Below are positions 21,603 to 30,747 of a stretch of DNA of 64,000 nucleotides, one piece after another. The DNA lies in sequence record OR496884.1. One strand, given 5' to 3'. The first letter of the stretch is position 1. Every line of letters starts with the position of its first letter. The position numbers were made by a program, and so were the translations under genes. The notes under the pieces are model-generated. The model did no database searches. It was not told the DNA's origin and saw only the letters and a program-made list of their open reading frames with translations.

Positions 21603-22025
21603 TCACTCCACGTAGCAGGATTGGAAATCTTTATACTTGGATTCAGCTTCTTTAACCATGGTGTTAACCAAATCCACGTATCCTGGGATTTCTACCACAC
21701 TCCCTTCAAACTCAATGGGTGCGATTTCAATCACTATCTTATCAACACTGGCAACATTGTTGATCGCTTGGGTTAGCTGACCGTTAAAATGAGTAATTTC
21801 AGCGATTACCAAATTACCGGCAACAGGATGAACTTCGTTCCAATAAGCCAGTACATAACGATAAAAATCACCTTGATGTTCTACCGCAATGTTCAATTTG
21901 TTTTTTACCATAAACAAAGCACGGACATAAGCAGTACGAACCACTTCAATTTGTTTAACGGGATCGGTAACACCCTGACCGATTAGTGCTTGTTTAACGG
22001 TAACAATATGTGCTAAATGCGACAT
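21603..22025 (-). CDS. Small virion protein (phiKZ gp85-like, tentative)
   Basis: 140-aa ORF; synteny. Confidence 0.6.
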   Translation of the reverse strand: MSHLAHIVTVKQALIGQGVTDPVKQIEVVRTAYVRALFMVKNKLNIAVEHQGDFYRYVLAYWNEVHPVAGNLVIAEITHFNGQLTQAINNVASVDKIVIEIAPIEFEGSVVEIPGYVDLVNTMVKEAESKYKDFQSCYVE

Positions 22026-22027
22026 GG

Positions 22028-23386
22028 TTATTCCTCAGTAAAATATTCAGTGTAAAGAGAAAGATTGTGGCTTAACAATTCTTGGGTGTAATGCTCGAAA
22101 TCACGGGGTTTAAAATCGGGGCCGTAATCTAACCAGTTTAAAATACGTTGGACAGATGTCCCTTCAAAATAAGGTTTGACCTCATCCAAAACCTTTTCCA
22201 TTTCGCGAGCTGTCTTTAGTAACACAACCTTTTCTTTATTATCGATTTTCTTGTTACTATTGATTTCTGAAGCATAAACCCGCAGAACATTTTTGGCACG
22301 ACGATAAGGACTATCGTAAGTATCATCCATTACTAAGTCGTGACTAAGTTTAGCCATTCCAAAAATAAAAGAAAGGGTAAGTCCATGTATCCCGACATAA
22401 ATTCCAACCGGCGGGAAGACAGCAAGTAGTGTGGCTGTCGCAATGGCGACACCGGCGGTAAATTTTACCACGTTGATTGGGAAATCGGTCAATGATCCAA
22501 GCGCCACTACAAGTGTTTTTGGACACCCTACCTTTAACGCATAAATGTCAGCATAGACTTCCGACATTTTGTTTTGTGCACCAAGTGATAATGAACGCCG
22601 AGAATTACGATCATTAATAAATTTAGTCACCATGACATTGATGGCTGTTTCATCAAGATCTTCAATATCTTTTTGTTTAATTGGTGTTTCTGTCTCAGTA
22701 ACCTTACCAAAGTCTTTAATGATGTTAAACCGTTCAACACCAGTTTTTGCATTAGTGGCAAGTCGAGTAGTAACAAAACAAGAAATAGTATCTAGACATT
22801 GACTTTGGATAGTCAAGAAGTGTGTAAAGACGTGCCCGATTTCATGGCAAATAAACACGGCAAGTGAACTAGCATAAGACACTTTAAACTTCTCATGGAG
22901 TTCTTTTAAAAAATATCGGTTTATAGTACCGCCACAAAGCAATTGAAATTTTACTTTGCTAAAATCACCACCGATCCTACCAGTTTTACTATCCACCCAA
23001 CCTTTTAAAATATCGGTTTTAAAAGTTTTCATTGCAATTGAAACAGAAGAATGTTGAGCTGAATAAAAGTTTTCAACTTCCTTACTGTTCATCAAATGGT
23101 TTGGAATAATAAACCCGCTTTCAATTGCTAATTCTGGTTCACCCAGAGCAGGAGGACGGGATTCTACTAAAACACCTGATTCTGTAAAGACGATTGTATC
23201 AAGATCTTTGTAGCTATCTTTATCCATTACCAATACTACTTTTCCGTCAATTTCTTTAACCAACGGTTCAAAAAACGACTCCAACCTTTTAAACATGGTT
23301 GGACTGACTCGTTCCATAAATTCTAGACCAGCTATACTAGCTTGAAATGGAACATCTTTTTTAAGAAATCCAATATCAATCATCAC
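22028..23386 (-). CDS. Head protein with zinc-metallopeptidase motif (phiKZ gp84-like)
   Basis: AGLE/F propeptide site; HEIGH plus downstream EVYAD; hydrophobic C-terminal segment. Confidence 0.65.
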   Translation of the reverse strand: MMIDIGFLKKDVPFQASIAGLEFMERVSPTMFKRLESFFEPLVKEIDGKVVLVMDKDSYKDLDTIVFTESGVLVESRPPALGEPELAIESGFIIPNHLMNSKEVENFYSAQHSSVSIAMKTFKTDILKGWVDSKTGRIGGDFSKVKFQLLCGGTINRYFLKELHEKFKVSYASSLAVFICHEIGHVFTHFLTIQSQCLDTISCFVTTRLATNAKTGVERFNIIKDFGKVTETETPIKQKDIEDLDETAINVMVTKFINDRNSRRSLSLGAQNKMSEVYADIYALKVGCPKTLVVALGSLTDFPINVVKFTAGVAIATATLLAVFPPVGIYVGIHGLTLSFIFGMAKLSHDLVMDDTYDSPYRRAKNVLRVYASEINSNKKIDNKEKVVLLKTAREMEKVLDEVKPYFEGTSVQRILNWLDYGPDFKPRDFEHYTQELLSHNLSLYTEYFTEE

Positions 23387-23470
23387 TCTACTCCGGAGTA
23401 AATTAAAAAGAAAGAGGCAATAATTTAGACCACCTCTTAATTAAGACGTCATAACATTCGGGTTACTATT

Positions 23471-25198
23471 ATGGAAAAGAAAATTATTGCGCGTGTTTGT
23501 AAACATGCTCATTTGTCGTTTTATAAATACAATAAAGAAAACGATTTGCTCACCGCAAAGATCACAAACATATTTGATGACGGGTCTAGAGAAGACCAAC
23601 TTGTTCATATTGAAAACTTTAAACGTAATTTTTATATTGTTAAAAAGAAATATAGAACATTTAAAGATTCAAGAGATTACATTGAATTAAACAAATGTGA
23701 TAAATTCCAATCCAATGAAGGTAAGCTTGCAACTAATATTTCTAAAGTTTTGTTTGGGAGACCTGATAGGGGCGCCGATCTAAATGAACTAAAAAATAAT
23801 CCCTATATATTTGGTTGCCAAGAAACTGTACCAGTTGTTTTTAAACAAAGATTTTACGACAAGTATCCTGATCATCAACCTCAAGAAGTTTATAACGTAG
23901 CCGCGTATGACGTGGAGACATTTATTCTTCCAGACGGTTCTGTTGGTCCAGTATGTATGGCTTCGACCACACATCAAAATCGCGTGTATTGGGCAGGGTT
24001 GCGGTCTATCTTTAAAGGCGAACCTGACAATGTCATCATAAGAAAGTTAAATGAACACGCAGAGAAGTACTTGAAAGAGTACATGGAAAAACACAATGTT
24101 AAAATTCATTTTCAATTAGAAGACACACCGGGAAAGATTGTTTATAACAACATTCAATTCTGGCATGAATTAGGACCCGACTATATTGTCTCTTGGAATG
24201 CTAACTTTGATATGGAAGCTAACCAACGGGAATTAAAGAACGAAGGATTTGATTTACCAAGAACGTATTCTGATCCAAATACACCTAATGGATATCAAGA
24301 CTACTTTTATTATCCCGGTCGGGAATTTAAAACAAAAGTAGACGGAACAAGAACTCCGCTTGATAACCATGAACGATTCCCTGTTGTAAAAGCACCAGCT
24401 AAGTGGCAGTGGTTTGACGGGATGTCTTTCTACGCCATTAAACGCGCTCCACAAGGAAAGAAGGAGTCTTACTCTCTTCAAGCTACCGCTCAACATGAGA
24501 AAGTGCTCTCAAAGCTTTACACAGACATCGGGAACCATCTACAAGAAGGGTCTGCTGAATGGCATAAATGGATGCTTGAAAATGAACCTTACTTGTATGC
24601 GATGTACAACATCCAGGATAACTGGGTAATTGAAGATATTAATCGCGCCACAAACGACTACTCTATGTCATTACCTGCACTGTTAACTTCTTCTGAGTTG
24701 AATTCATATCAATCTCAGCCAAGTATGATTTCTGATATGTTGTCATTCATTGCTTTGAAGAATGGATACGTCTGGGGAACTGTAGGACGTCGTAAAGAAG
24801 ACCCCTTTAAAGAAATGAAACCTGACCTGCGTGATTGGATTGCGTTGCTTCATGCTGAGATGAACGAAGAGAACGGTAAGAAACTTTATGAAGGTCTGAA
24901 TAACTGGGTATCTAAAGCTCATGGTTACACTGACGACATTGATGTTAGTTCAGCGTATCCATCAGTAACAGTTAGTTTGAATGTTAGTAATAAAACAACT
25001 AAACTAGAAGTGTGTAAAATAGAAGGGATTGATCGTATTGAATATAGAAGGTTGGGTGTTAACTATGCAAGTAGCCCATTGGCAAATGCTGTAACACTTT
25101 CTTCTACCATTTATGGAATGCCTAGTTTGATAGAGATAAACAATTTCTATAGCAATAAAGTTGTACCGTTTATTGAAGAACAAAAGAAAGCTGCATAA
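23471..25198 (+). CDS. Split family-B DNA polymerase, exonuclease/motif A subunit (phiKZ gp82-like)
   Basis: ExoI AYDVET, ExoII SWNANFD, ExoIII YNIQD, motif A DIDVSSAYPS; no motif B or C. Confidence 0.9.
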   Translation: MEKKIIARVCKHAHLSFYKYNKENDLLTAKITNIFDDGSREDQLVHIENFKRNFYIVKKKYRTFKDSRDYIELNKCDKFQSNEGKLATNISKVLFGRPDRGADLNELKNNPYIFGCQETVPVVFKQRFYDKYPDHQPQEVYNVAAYDVETFILPDGSVGPVCMASTTHQNRVYWAGLRSIFKGEPDNVIIRKLNEHAEKYLKEYMEKHNVKIHFQLEDTPGKIVYNNIQFWHELGPDYIVSWNANFDMEANQRELKNEGFDLPRTYSDPNTPNGYQDYFYYPGREFKTKVDGTRTPLDNHERFPVVKAPAKWQWFDGMSFYAIKRAPQGKKESYSLQATAQHEKVLSKLYTDIGNHLQEGSAEWHKWMLENEPYLYAMYNIQDNWVIEDINRATNDYSMSLPALLTSSELNSYQSQPSMISDMLSFIALKNGYVWGTVGRRKEDPFKEMKPDLRDWIALLHAEMNEENGKKLYEGLNNWVSKAHGYTDDIDVSSAYPSVTVSLNVSNKTTKLEVCKIEGIDRIEYRRLGVNYASSPLANAVTLSSTIYGMPSLIEINNFYSNKVVPFIEEQKKAA

Positions 25199-25218
25199 AA
25201 GAAAATAACTTTGTTAAA

Positions 25219-25248
25219 TTCCACCTATCCCTGTTGGGATAGGTGGAA
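25219..25248. terminator. Bidirectional terminator between convergent genes
   Basis: 13-bp stem ttccacctatccc/gggataggtggaa. Confidence 0.8.
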
Positions 25249-25258
25249 TACATTTAAT

Positions 25259-25864
25259 TTATGCTTTTAAATCATATTGACTGTTTTCAGCCATTGAACT
25301 AAGTCTTTTATTTTCCTCTAAAAGTTCATTGACTATACCATGTAACAATTTATTCTCTTGCTCTGGTGTAAGAACTAACTCAGCTTGTTTCATTTTATCG
25401 GTGAGTTCTAAGTATTTATTCAGCTTCTCACAATTTGTAGGATAAACTAAATTTTGGTTAGGATTCCCGTCGTGATACTTTATACCAAATTCTTCTGTTC
25501 TTTGGTTCCATGTTGACACATTTTCTTCCGATAACATGTTTATCCAACCATCGAGTTGGATCATCGATAAACAGCTGTAAGAATTTTTAAATTCATGTTC
25601 CATTGCAAAACCAGGGACATCTAAATTTTCCGATGGGGACATGTAAAGAAAAAGATTTGATTTATCATTGGAGCAGATCATCTTCTTAATATCGGGATAC
25701 ACCACATAGTGAGTAAAATCCCTAATTTGTTTTTGATAATCATTTAATTTTATTGTAATCAATTCAACAGTCGATGACTTACAGAGAAAAGACCCGATAT
25801 AAACATGATTTTTTAAAACAAGAATTTCTTTAACATCCATATTCATACCTTTATTATTTAGCAA
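25259..25864 (-). CDS. Hypothetical protein (accessory)
   Basis: 201-aa ORF; true start probably a slightly later ATG. Confidence 0.65.
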   Translation of the reverse strand: MLNNKGMNMDVKEILVLKNHVYIGSFLCKSSTVELITIKLNDYQKQIRDFTHYVVYPDIKKMICSNDKSNLFLYMSPSENLDVPGFAMEHEFKNSYSCLSMIQLDGWINMLSEENVSTWNQRTEEFGIKYHDGNPNQNLVYPTNCEKLNKYLELTDKMKQAELVLTPEQENKLLHGIVNELLEENKRLSSMAENSQYDLKA

Positions 25865-26429
25865 TACGGTTAATGAGACGATTCATCAACTGGTTAGTTG
25901 TTTCTACCATCTCTTCTTTAAATTGTTTAAGGATCTCTTGGACTTCTTCGTTAGTGTACGTTTCTTTATGAAGTGTCCATTTTGGAATTTCTACTGTCGT
26001 GACAATTTGATGTTCTAAAGTTATCCCGCCAGTTGGGGTAAATGATATATAGAGTTTTTGAAGAGCTGACATAATAGAGTCAAATTTAATGTTTCTTTCT
26101 ATTATTTTAAAATCTGTATTTTTAAACTCAGCTGGGTAATGAAAATCGTCAAAAGAACAAGTCCCCTTTTCCAAAATAATGCAAAGAAAATTCTTATTGC
26201 TTTTTTCACCAAAACTCACATAACACGTTTGTTGAGTTTTCATTTTGTTTATAAATGCGGTAAGGGTTTCTAATCTATTTTTAGTTTTACTGTGAGGATT
26301 TCCACCCGACTCCAAGGGATGTATACCTTTATCCCAAGTCAAATATAACGCCCCACCAGTGCTGTAAATAAACTCAGAAAAACTACCTTTACAAAATCTA
26401 TTTAAAATTACATCATTTTCCAAAGACAT
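25854..26429 (-). CDS. Hypothetical protein (accessory, behind early promoter motif)
   Basis: 191-aa ORF with AAGGA RBS. Confidence 0.7.
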   Translation of the reverse strand: MSLENDVILNRFCKGSFSEFIYSTGGALYLTWDKGIHPLESGGNPHSKTKNRLETLTAFINKMKTQQTCYVSFGEKSNKNFLCIILEKGTCSFDDFHYPAEFKNTDFKIIERNIKFDSIMSALQKLYISFTPTGGITLEHQIVTTVEIPKWTLHKETYTNEEVQEILKQFKEEMVETTNQLMNRLINRIAK

Positions 26430-26464
26430 GTTATTTTCCTTATTAATTTAGGTGAATGACATTC

Positions 26465-26479
26465 TAATAATATCTATTT
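26465..26479 (-). promoter_or_regulatory. Putative early (virion RNAP) promoter motif
   Basis: Minus strand AAATAGATATTATTA; matches five other intergenic copies. Confidence 0.6.
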
Positions 26480-26500
26480 AAATTATTATAAAACAAACAA

Positions 26501-26531
26501 AACTAGAGAGTCCCAAAAGGACTCTCTAGTT
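26501..26531. terminator. Terminator after 26552-27097
   Basis: 13-bp stem aactagagagtcc/ggactctctagtt. Confidence 0.8.
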
Positions 26532-26551
26532 GATTATATAAAAGTATACTA

Positions 26552-27097
26552 TTAACGATATGCGTAGTTATTCAAAGTTTGTGCTGCAGCACCAGGGAAC
26601 AAATGAACAAGTTTGGCAACGTCAAAATTGGAAATGAAATGATCACGCACTTTGATGTTAGCAGAAAGCATTGTCATAAACAACATAAATTTCTTATAAC
26701 GATCAATCTCGCTAATGGGTGCCAGTTTTTCTTTTTCAATAACATACAGGGGAGCCAGCAAACTGTTTTGACCAAACGCCGCTTTGTTAGCTGCGATAGT
26801 AACAATCCAGTGGTCCAAAACTTCGTGTGCTTGATTACCATCAATCTGTAGAAGATTGACAATGTCTTTCATGAAAGACAGTTGGAAGTCGTTACGTTCT
26901 TCCTGAGAACCGTTTTTAACTTCCCCCTTGAGAAAGAGTACAAACTTATCAAAACCATTCTTATAAATAGTTGCCGGAGTAGTTGGAATTTTTTCAGTAG
27001 GGATACCTAATGCAGTATCCATACCTTCTACCTTTTTAGACTGCTCGGTAACTACATCAGAACGAACAGCAATATCTGGGGCTTTATGTGGCTTCAT
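26552..27097 (-). CDS. Hypothetical protein
   Basis: 181-aa ORF, AAGGA RBS, starts right after the upstream stop. Confidence 0.75.
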   Translation of the reverse strand: MKPHKAPDIAVRSDVVTEQSKKVEGMDTALGIPTEKIPTTPATIYKNGFDKFVLFLKGEVKNGSQEERNDFQLSFMKDIVNLLQIDGNQAHEVLDHWIVTIAANKAAFGQNSLLAPLYVIEKEKLAPISEIDRYKKFMLFMTMLSANIKVRDHFISNFDVAKLVHLFPGAAAQTLNNYAYR

Positions 27098-27607
27098 TTA
27101 CGTGTTTTCCTTTATAACTTTGTTGAGTTCTTTACTTGGATCAGGGTGTGCCATTTTGTTTTTAGCAGCACGCTGCGCCTGTTCTTTTGCTTTGCGTTTT
27201 CCTATAGCTACGCCTTCCAAAAGATCATCAATCAAATTGACAGGTGAATCCATGTAATCTTTGAGTGGAATTAAACTATCATACTCACGAAGCCCAAATG
27301 TTTCGCCAATACTTTTAACAGAAAAGATATGGAAGAAATCCTTACGTTGGTGATTATAAATCAACGCATTTGCCATAGTTTCTTTTTCATTAACCCATCC
27401 GTAAACCATGCAATAAGCACGTTGTTCGGAAAACAACGTCTCCAAACTAGAGACGTTGTCTTTTTTATAAGTATTGTGAAGTAGCTTATTGGCGGACTCT
27501 ATCCAACGCTTTCCAGAATTGACCTCGTCGGGATGGATTAAGAAAGAATTTCCTCTTGTAAAGCTCCGATCTCCCGACGGATTGCTATCAACATCCGGGC
27601 CTGGTCG
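27098..27607 (-). CDS. -1 frame extension (169 codons) probably reached by frameshifting from 27538-29148
   Basis: Frame open from 27625 to stop 27098; only a hairpin-embedded TTG (27445) and a late ATG as possible starts. Confidence 0.6.
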   Translation of the reverse strand, partial: RPGPDVDSNPSGDRSFTRGNSFLIHPDEVNSGKRWIESANKLLHNTYKKDNVSSLETLFSEQRAYCMVYGWVNEKETMANALIYNHQRKDFFHIFSVKSIGETFGLREYDSLIPLKDYMDSPVNLIDDLLEGVAIGKRKAKEQAQRAAKNKMAHPDPSKELNKVIKENT

Positions 27608-29148
27608 AAAAAATTCAAGATAGGATCAATTGGTGTAAATCCATTTCGAATTTCTTTTTGAGGATGACGTTCTTTACATTTTGGACACTCATCATCGGGT
27701 ATCCCAATAAAAGTGTAAGAGAAACGAGGAACAAGTTTCAACACCTTTGTAAGAGCAAGTGTATAGAATTCCTCATCTTCGTTAAACATATCAATCAACC
27801 CTTGGTTAAACTCACCAGGGTCTTCTGAACGAAGAATAATTTCATCTTTCTCATCAGGGTTAAGCGGGTCTGCTTTATTTGTCATTGATTTAAAATATTG
27901 CAGGTAATCGATCATACGCATAGAGCCGATCAATTCTTTTCGCTTTTCCCCAAATTCATTTGCATTGGGGAATTGAGCAGCAAGCTCACGGATTTCTTTA
28001 TTGATCAGTTCAGCAGCCCGGTCAAAACACATGAAGTATTCTGACAGATAAGGACTATCAATTTCCAGTACAATACCGCCATCATGGCTAACGACACGAG
28101 CGTCAATATCTGACAGGTCTACATCACGATAAGGGACGGTTGAAGAAAGAAGTTCTTCTCGAGTGTATTTTTTACCTGTATTGATTGTTTCCAACATTTG
28201 AACCATATAAGCTTCTGGATATCGGATATCATCAAATACAGCAAGTTCAGCAGCATCGACCAAGATGTTACGAGAATACTGACACTTATCTGCCAAACAT
28301 GTCAGACGATAAGATATCCCCTTAGGAGCACCAATTGCAAGTATGGATGTAGCAATGATATCAGCATCTTCTCGCTTAATAACAGTAAGCAGCTCTTCCG
28401 ATTCAACAATATCACTAACAGACCAATAAGTACAACGAGAGAGCACCCAATCCATGATAGTCCGAATAATCAGAGCACGCTCCAGATGTAAACTAGAAAT
28501 CCGAATACGGCCACCAAATTGGGTACGTTGGAGGGATACGGATATCTTGTTAATCAGACTAGCCAATTCCCAAGGAGTGGGAACCTTTACCCGAAGCAAA
28601 ATACGGGAGTTCATTAAAACAATAATAAACTCGTCTGCTGAACTAGACGCTTTCAAAAGACTACGACGCATTCGATCGCGAATACTTGTTTTGTTACGGT
28701 TGTTTTTAACAGGAACGGGTTCAATCAAACTCATCACTGTATTATCACGTTGGATTTGATTGCTAAAACGTTCAGGGTCAAGAAGATCCAGGTTGTCATC
28801 ACGACGAAGAGTACGTTCACCACGTTGGATAAACGTAAAGTAATTTGCCAACGTTTCTTCTAGTTCTTCTTGATCAACATTCTGGAAATGCTTTTCTTTA
28901 AGTTCAGCATATTTTACTTCAAGTGAATTTAGTATTTGATCAGGAACACCCTTTCCTTGTTCTTTGTCCATTTTCATTTGACGGAGCTGAACAAAAATAA
29001 TTGCGGTCTGCATAATAGCATCATGCTGTTCTTTTAATGAACCCAAGAACAAAGGAGTAGCAAAACCGGGATTACTTTCTCCTTCTTTAAAAGGAGTTTT
29101 ATAACCAGCACCTTTGTGCTGGCTGTTATCTTTAATTTGTTCAGACAT
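27538..29148 (-). CDS. Conserved protein, probable tail/baseplate assembly chaperone (phiKZ gp77-like, tentative)
   Basis: 536 aa with CLADKC and CPKC Cys pairs; slippery site near its 3-prime end. Confidence 0.55.
   Translation of the reverse strand: MSEQIKDNSQHKGAGYKTPFKEGESNPGFATPLFLGSLKEQHDAIMQTAIIFVQLRQMKMDKEQGKGVPDQILNSLEVKYAELKEKHFQNVDQEELEETLANYFTFIQRGERTLRRDDNLDLLDPERFSNQIQRDNTVMSLIEPVPVKNNRNKTSIRDRMRRSLLKASSSADEFIIVLMNSRILLRVKVPTPWELASLINKISVSLQRTQFGGRIRISSLHLERALIIRTIMDWVLSRCTYWSVSDIVESEELLTVIKREDADIIATSILAIGAPKGISYRLTCLADKCQYSRNILVDAAELAVFDDIRYPEAYMVQMLETINTGKKYTREELLSSTVPYRDVDLSDIDARVVSHDGGIVLEIDSPYLSEYFMCFDRAAELINKEIRELAAQFPNANEFGEKRKELIGSMRMIDYLQYFKSMTNKADPLNPDEKDEIILRSEDPGEFNQGLIDMFNEDEEFYTLALTKVLKLVPRFSYTFIGIPDDECPKCKERHPQKEIRNGFTPIDPILNFFDQARMLIAIRREIGALQEEILS
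27607..27613 (-). promoter_or_regulatory. Putative programmed -1 frameshift heptamer U_UUU_UUC
   Basis: In phase X_XXY_YYZ (AAT TTT TTC); -1 frame closed by TGA four codons upstream and open downstream; GC-rich stem-loop ~7 nt downstream. Confidence 0.6.
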
Positions 29149-29830
29149 TATCCATAAGCTCCTGTTTTACGCTTGCTTGTTCCAGTACAGTATATGCGAC
29201 AGCTTCTGTAATGGCAATTCGGGCTTCATCCATTGTTACTTCAGGATGTTCGATCATATATTCTTTTGCAGACCCTGTGACATAACTTGCAATGGCGATA
29301 CCGTGTTCGTCATCAATCTTTGAAATCTCTTCGTACAGTTCGGTTGCACGAGTTTCCAATTCACTACCGACATCAAAGACATTGATAACAAAGTTTTCTG
29401 GATCAGATTCACGAAGCGCTTTAAATGTAGAGAACGTTTTATCAATGTTCATCATTGAACGGGCGATATCTTCAATATCGATAGAAGGTTGATAATTAAT
29501 TTTATTCTGTTCACCTAGCTTAACAGCAAGAGAAACATAGCAGAACAATTTAAAGCAATCACCAATTGCTGAACGAGTAGAGTTAATCAATTCATCGGTA
29601 TTAATTTTAGAAAGTTTTTCTTTATTAACCCCGCCAGAATGTTTAATTAGAGAATCGACACGGTTATTATCAAGAGAGGTGCGAATATTCTCTAATGTTT
29701 TATTAAAGGTTTTGGACTTAACGGGTTTGACACTGACCTGATTGCGATTTGCATTTTTCTTTTTTGCTGTACTTGCAATACGACGAGCTGCACGTTTTTT
29801 ATCTGCGTTTCTTTGTGCTTTAATGGACAT
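29141..29830 (-). CDS. Hypothetical protein with basic N-terminus
   Basis: 229 aa; K/R-rich first 40 aa; GGAG RBS. Confidence 0.75.
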   Translation of the reverse strand: MSIKAQRNADKKRAARRIASTAKKKNANRNQVSVKPVKSKTFNKTLENIRTSLDNNRVDSLIKHSGGVNKEKLSKINTDELINSTRSAIGDCFKLFCYVSLAVKLGEQNKINYQPSIDIEDIARSMMNIDKTFSTFKALRESDPENFVINVFDVGSELETRATELYEEISKIDDEHGIAIASYVTGSAKEYMIEHPEVTMDEARIAITEAVAYTVLEQASVKQELMDNV

Positions 29831-29868
29831 TGTATGACTCCACCTTTTGTTAAATAAAGGAATAAATT

Positions 29869-30747
29869 ATGTTTGACGTTGTTGATATAGAAAATGAAGA
29901 TTTTGCACTTTCCGACATCGGAGAAATGTGGTTAGACTTTTGTGTTACCTGTTCCGAGCAATCAGCTATACAATTCAAAACCGCGTATAACTTAATTACG
30001 TTATCTTTTCCTGATAATAATCTTGGAAATGATATTACGAATATTTTAATCGATGACGGCATTGAAACAGTTGATAAATCTTCACACGTAAGAAAGATCC
30101 TTATTTTTGGTTTAATAGATTGTTTAAACGTGTTAGGTATTACCATTGATCTTGATTTTACAGAACCAAACAATCTTAAAGATATTAGTTTAATTCTTGA
30201 TACACTTTATACCACTGATGGATTTGAGGACATTCTTTCTTTGAATGCCATTTTGGAAAATGAAGAATTAGATACTAAAGGTCGTTTTATTGAAGTAATA
30301 AAGAAACTTTATCCAGAGCACGATTGTGAGTGTTTTGATTACTTAATTAAAGATGTAGGTCCAATGGTAACAAAGGGTATCTTGGTTGGGTTAAATATTC
30401 TTTCTACTGATGATAATGAATATCTTGAACCATCCTTGAAAAAGAGAATGGTAAACAACAAAACATTTTTAAAAGGAACCTTGGCGGAACGACATATTAT
30501 TAATGGTGGCGCTTCCGGACTTACATTAGAGAACTTGACACTGGTGTTTGTAAACGAACTCGGTCAAGCTATGTTAGAATCTCAAGAACGGTATCTTAAA
30601 GAAATATTAGCTTTAATGATTGTTGCTAGTTTAAGCGACACTCAAATCGAATCTCAATTTATGAGTCTCGCCAATCAATTTGGTGAGGATTTCCAATTGC
30701 TGTATCGAGCTCAAGAAATGGTTAAACAGGTAACTCTCCATGAATAA
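29869..30747 (+). CDS. Conserved virion-associated protein (phiKZ gp79-like)
   Basis: 292-aa acidic ORF overlapping the start of the vRNAP subunit gene; recalled synteny. Confidence 0.6.
   Translation: MFDVVDIENEDFALSDIGEMWLDFCVTCSEQSAIQFKTAYNLITLSFPDNNLGNDITNILIDDGIETVDKSSHVRKILIFGLIDCLNVLGITIDLDFTEPNNLKDISLILDTLYTTDGFEDILSLNAILENEELDTKGRFIEVIKKLYPEHDCECFDYLIKDVGPMVTKGILVGLNILSTDDNEYLEPSLKKRMVNNKTFLKGTLAERHIINGGASGLTLENLTLVFVNELGQAMLESQERYLKEILALMIVASLSDTQIESQFMSLANQFGEDFQLLYRAQEMVKQVTLHE

Noticed and set aside
27433-27459. Hairpin acaacgtctc/gagacgttgt as a terminator
   Set aside because: Lies inside the open -1 frame and encloses the putative TTG start; more likely a coding-region structure
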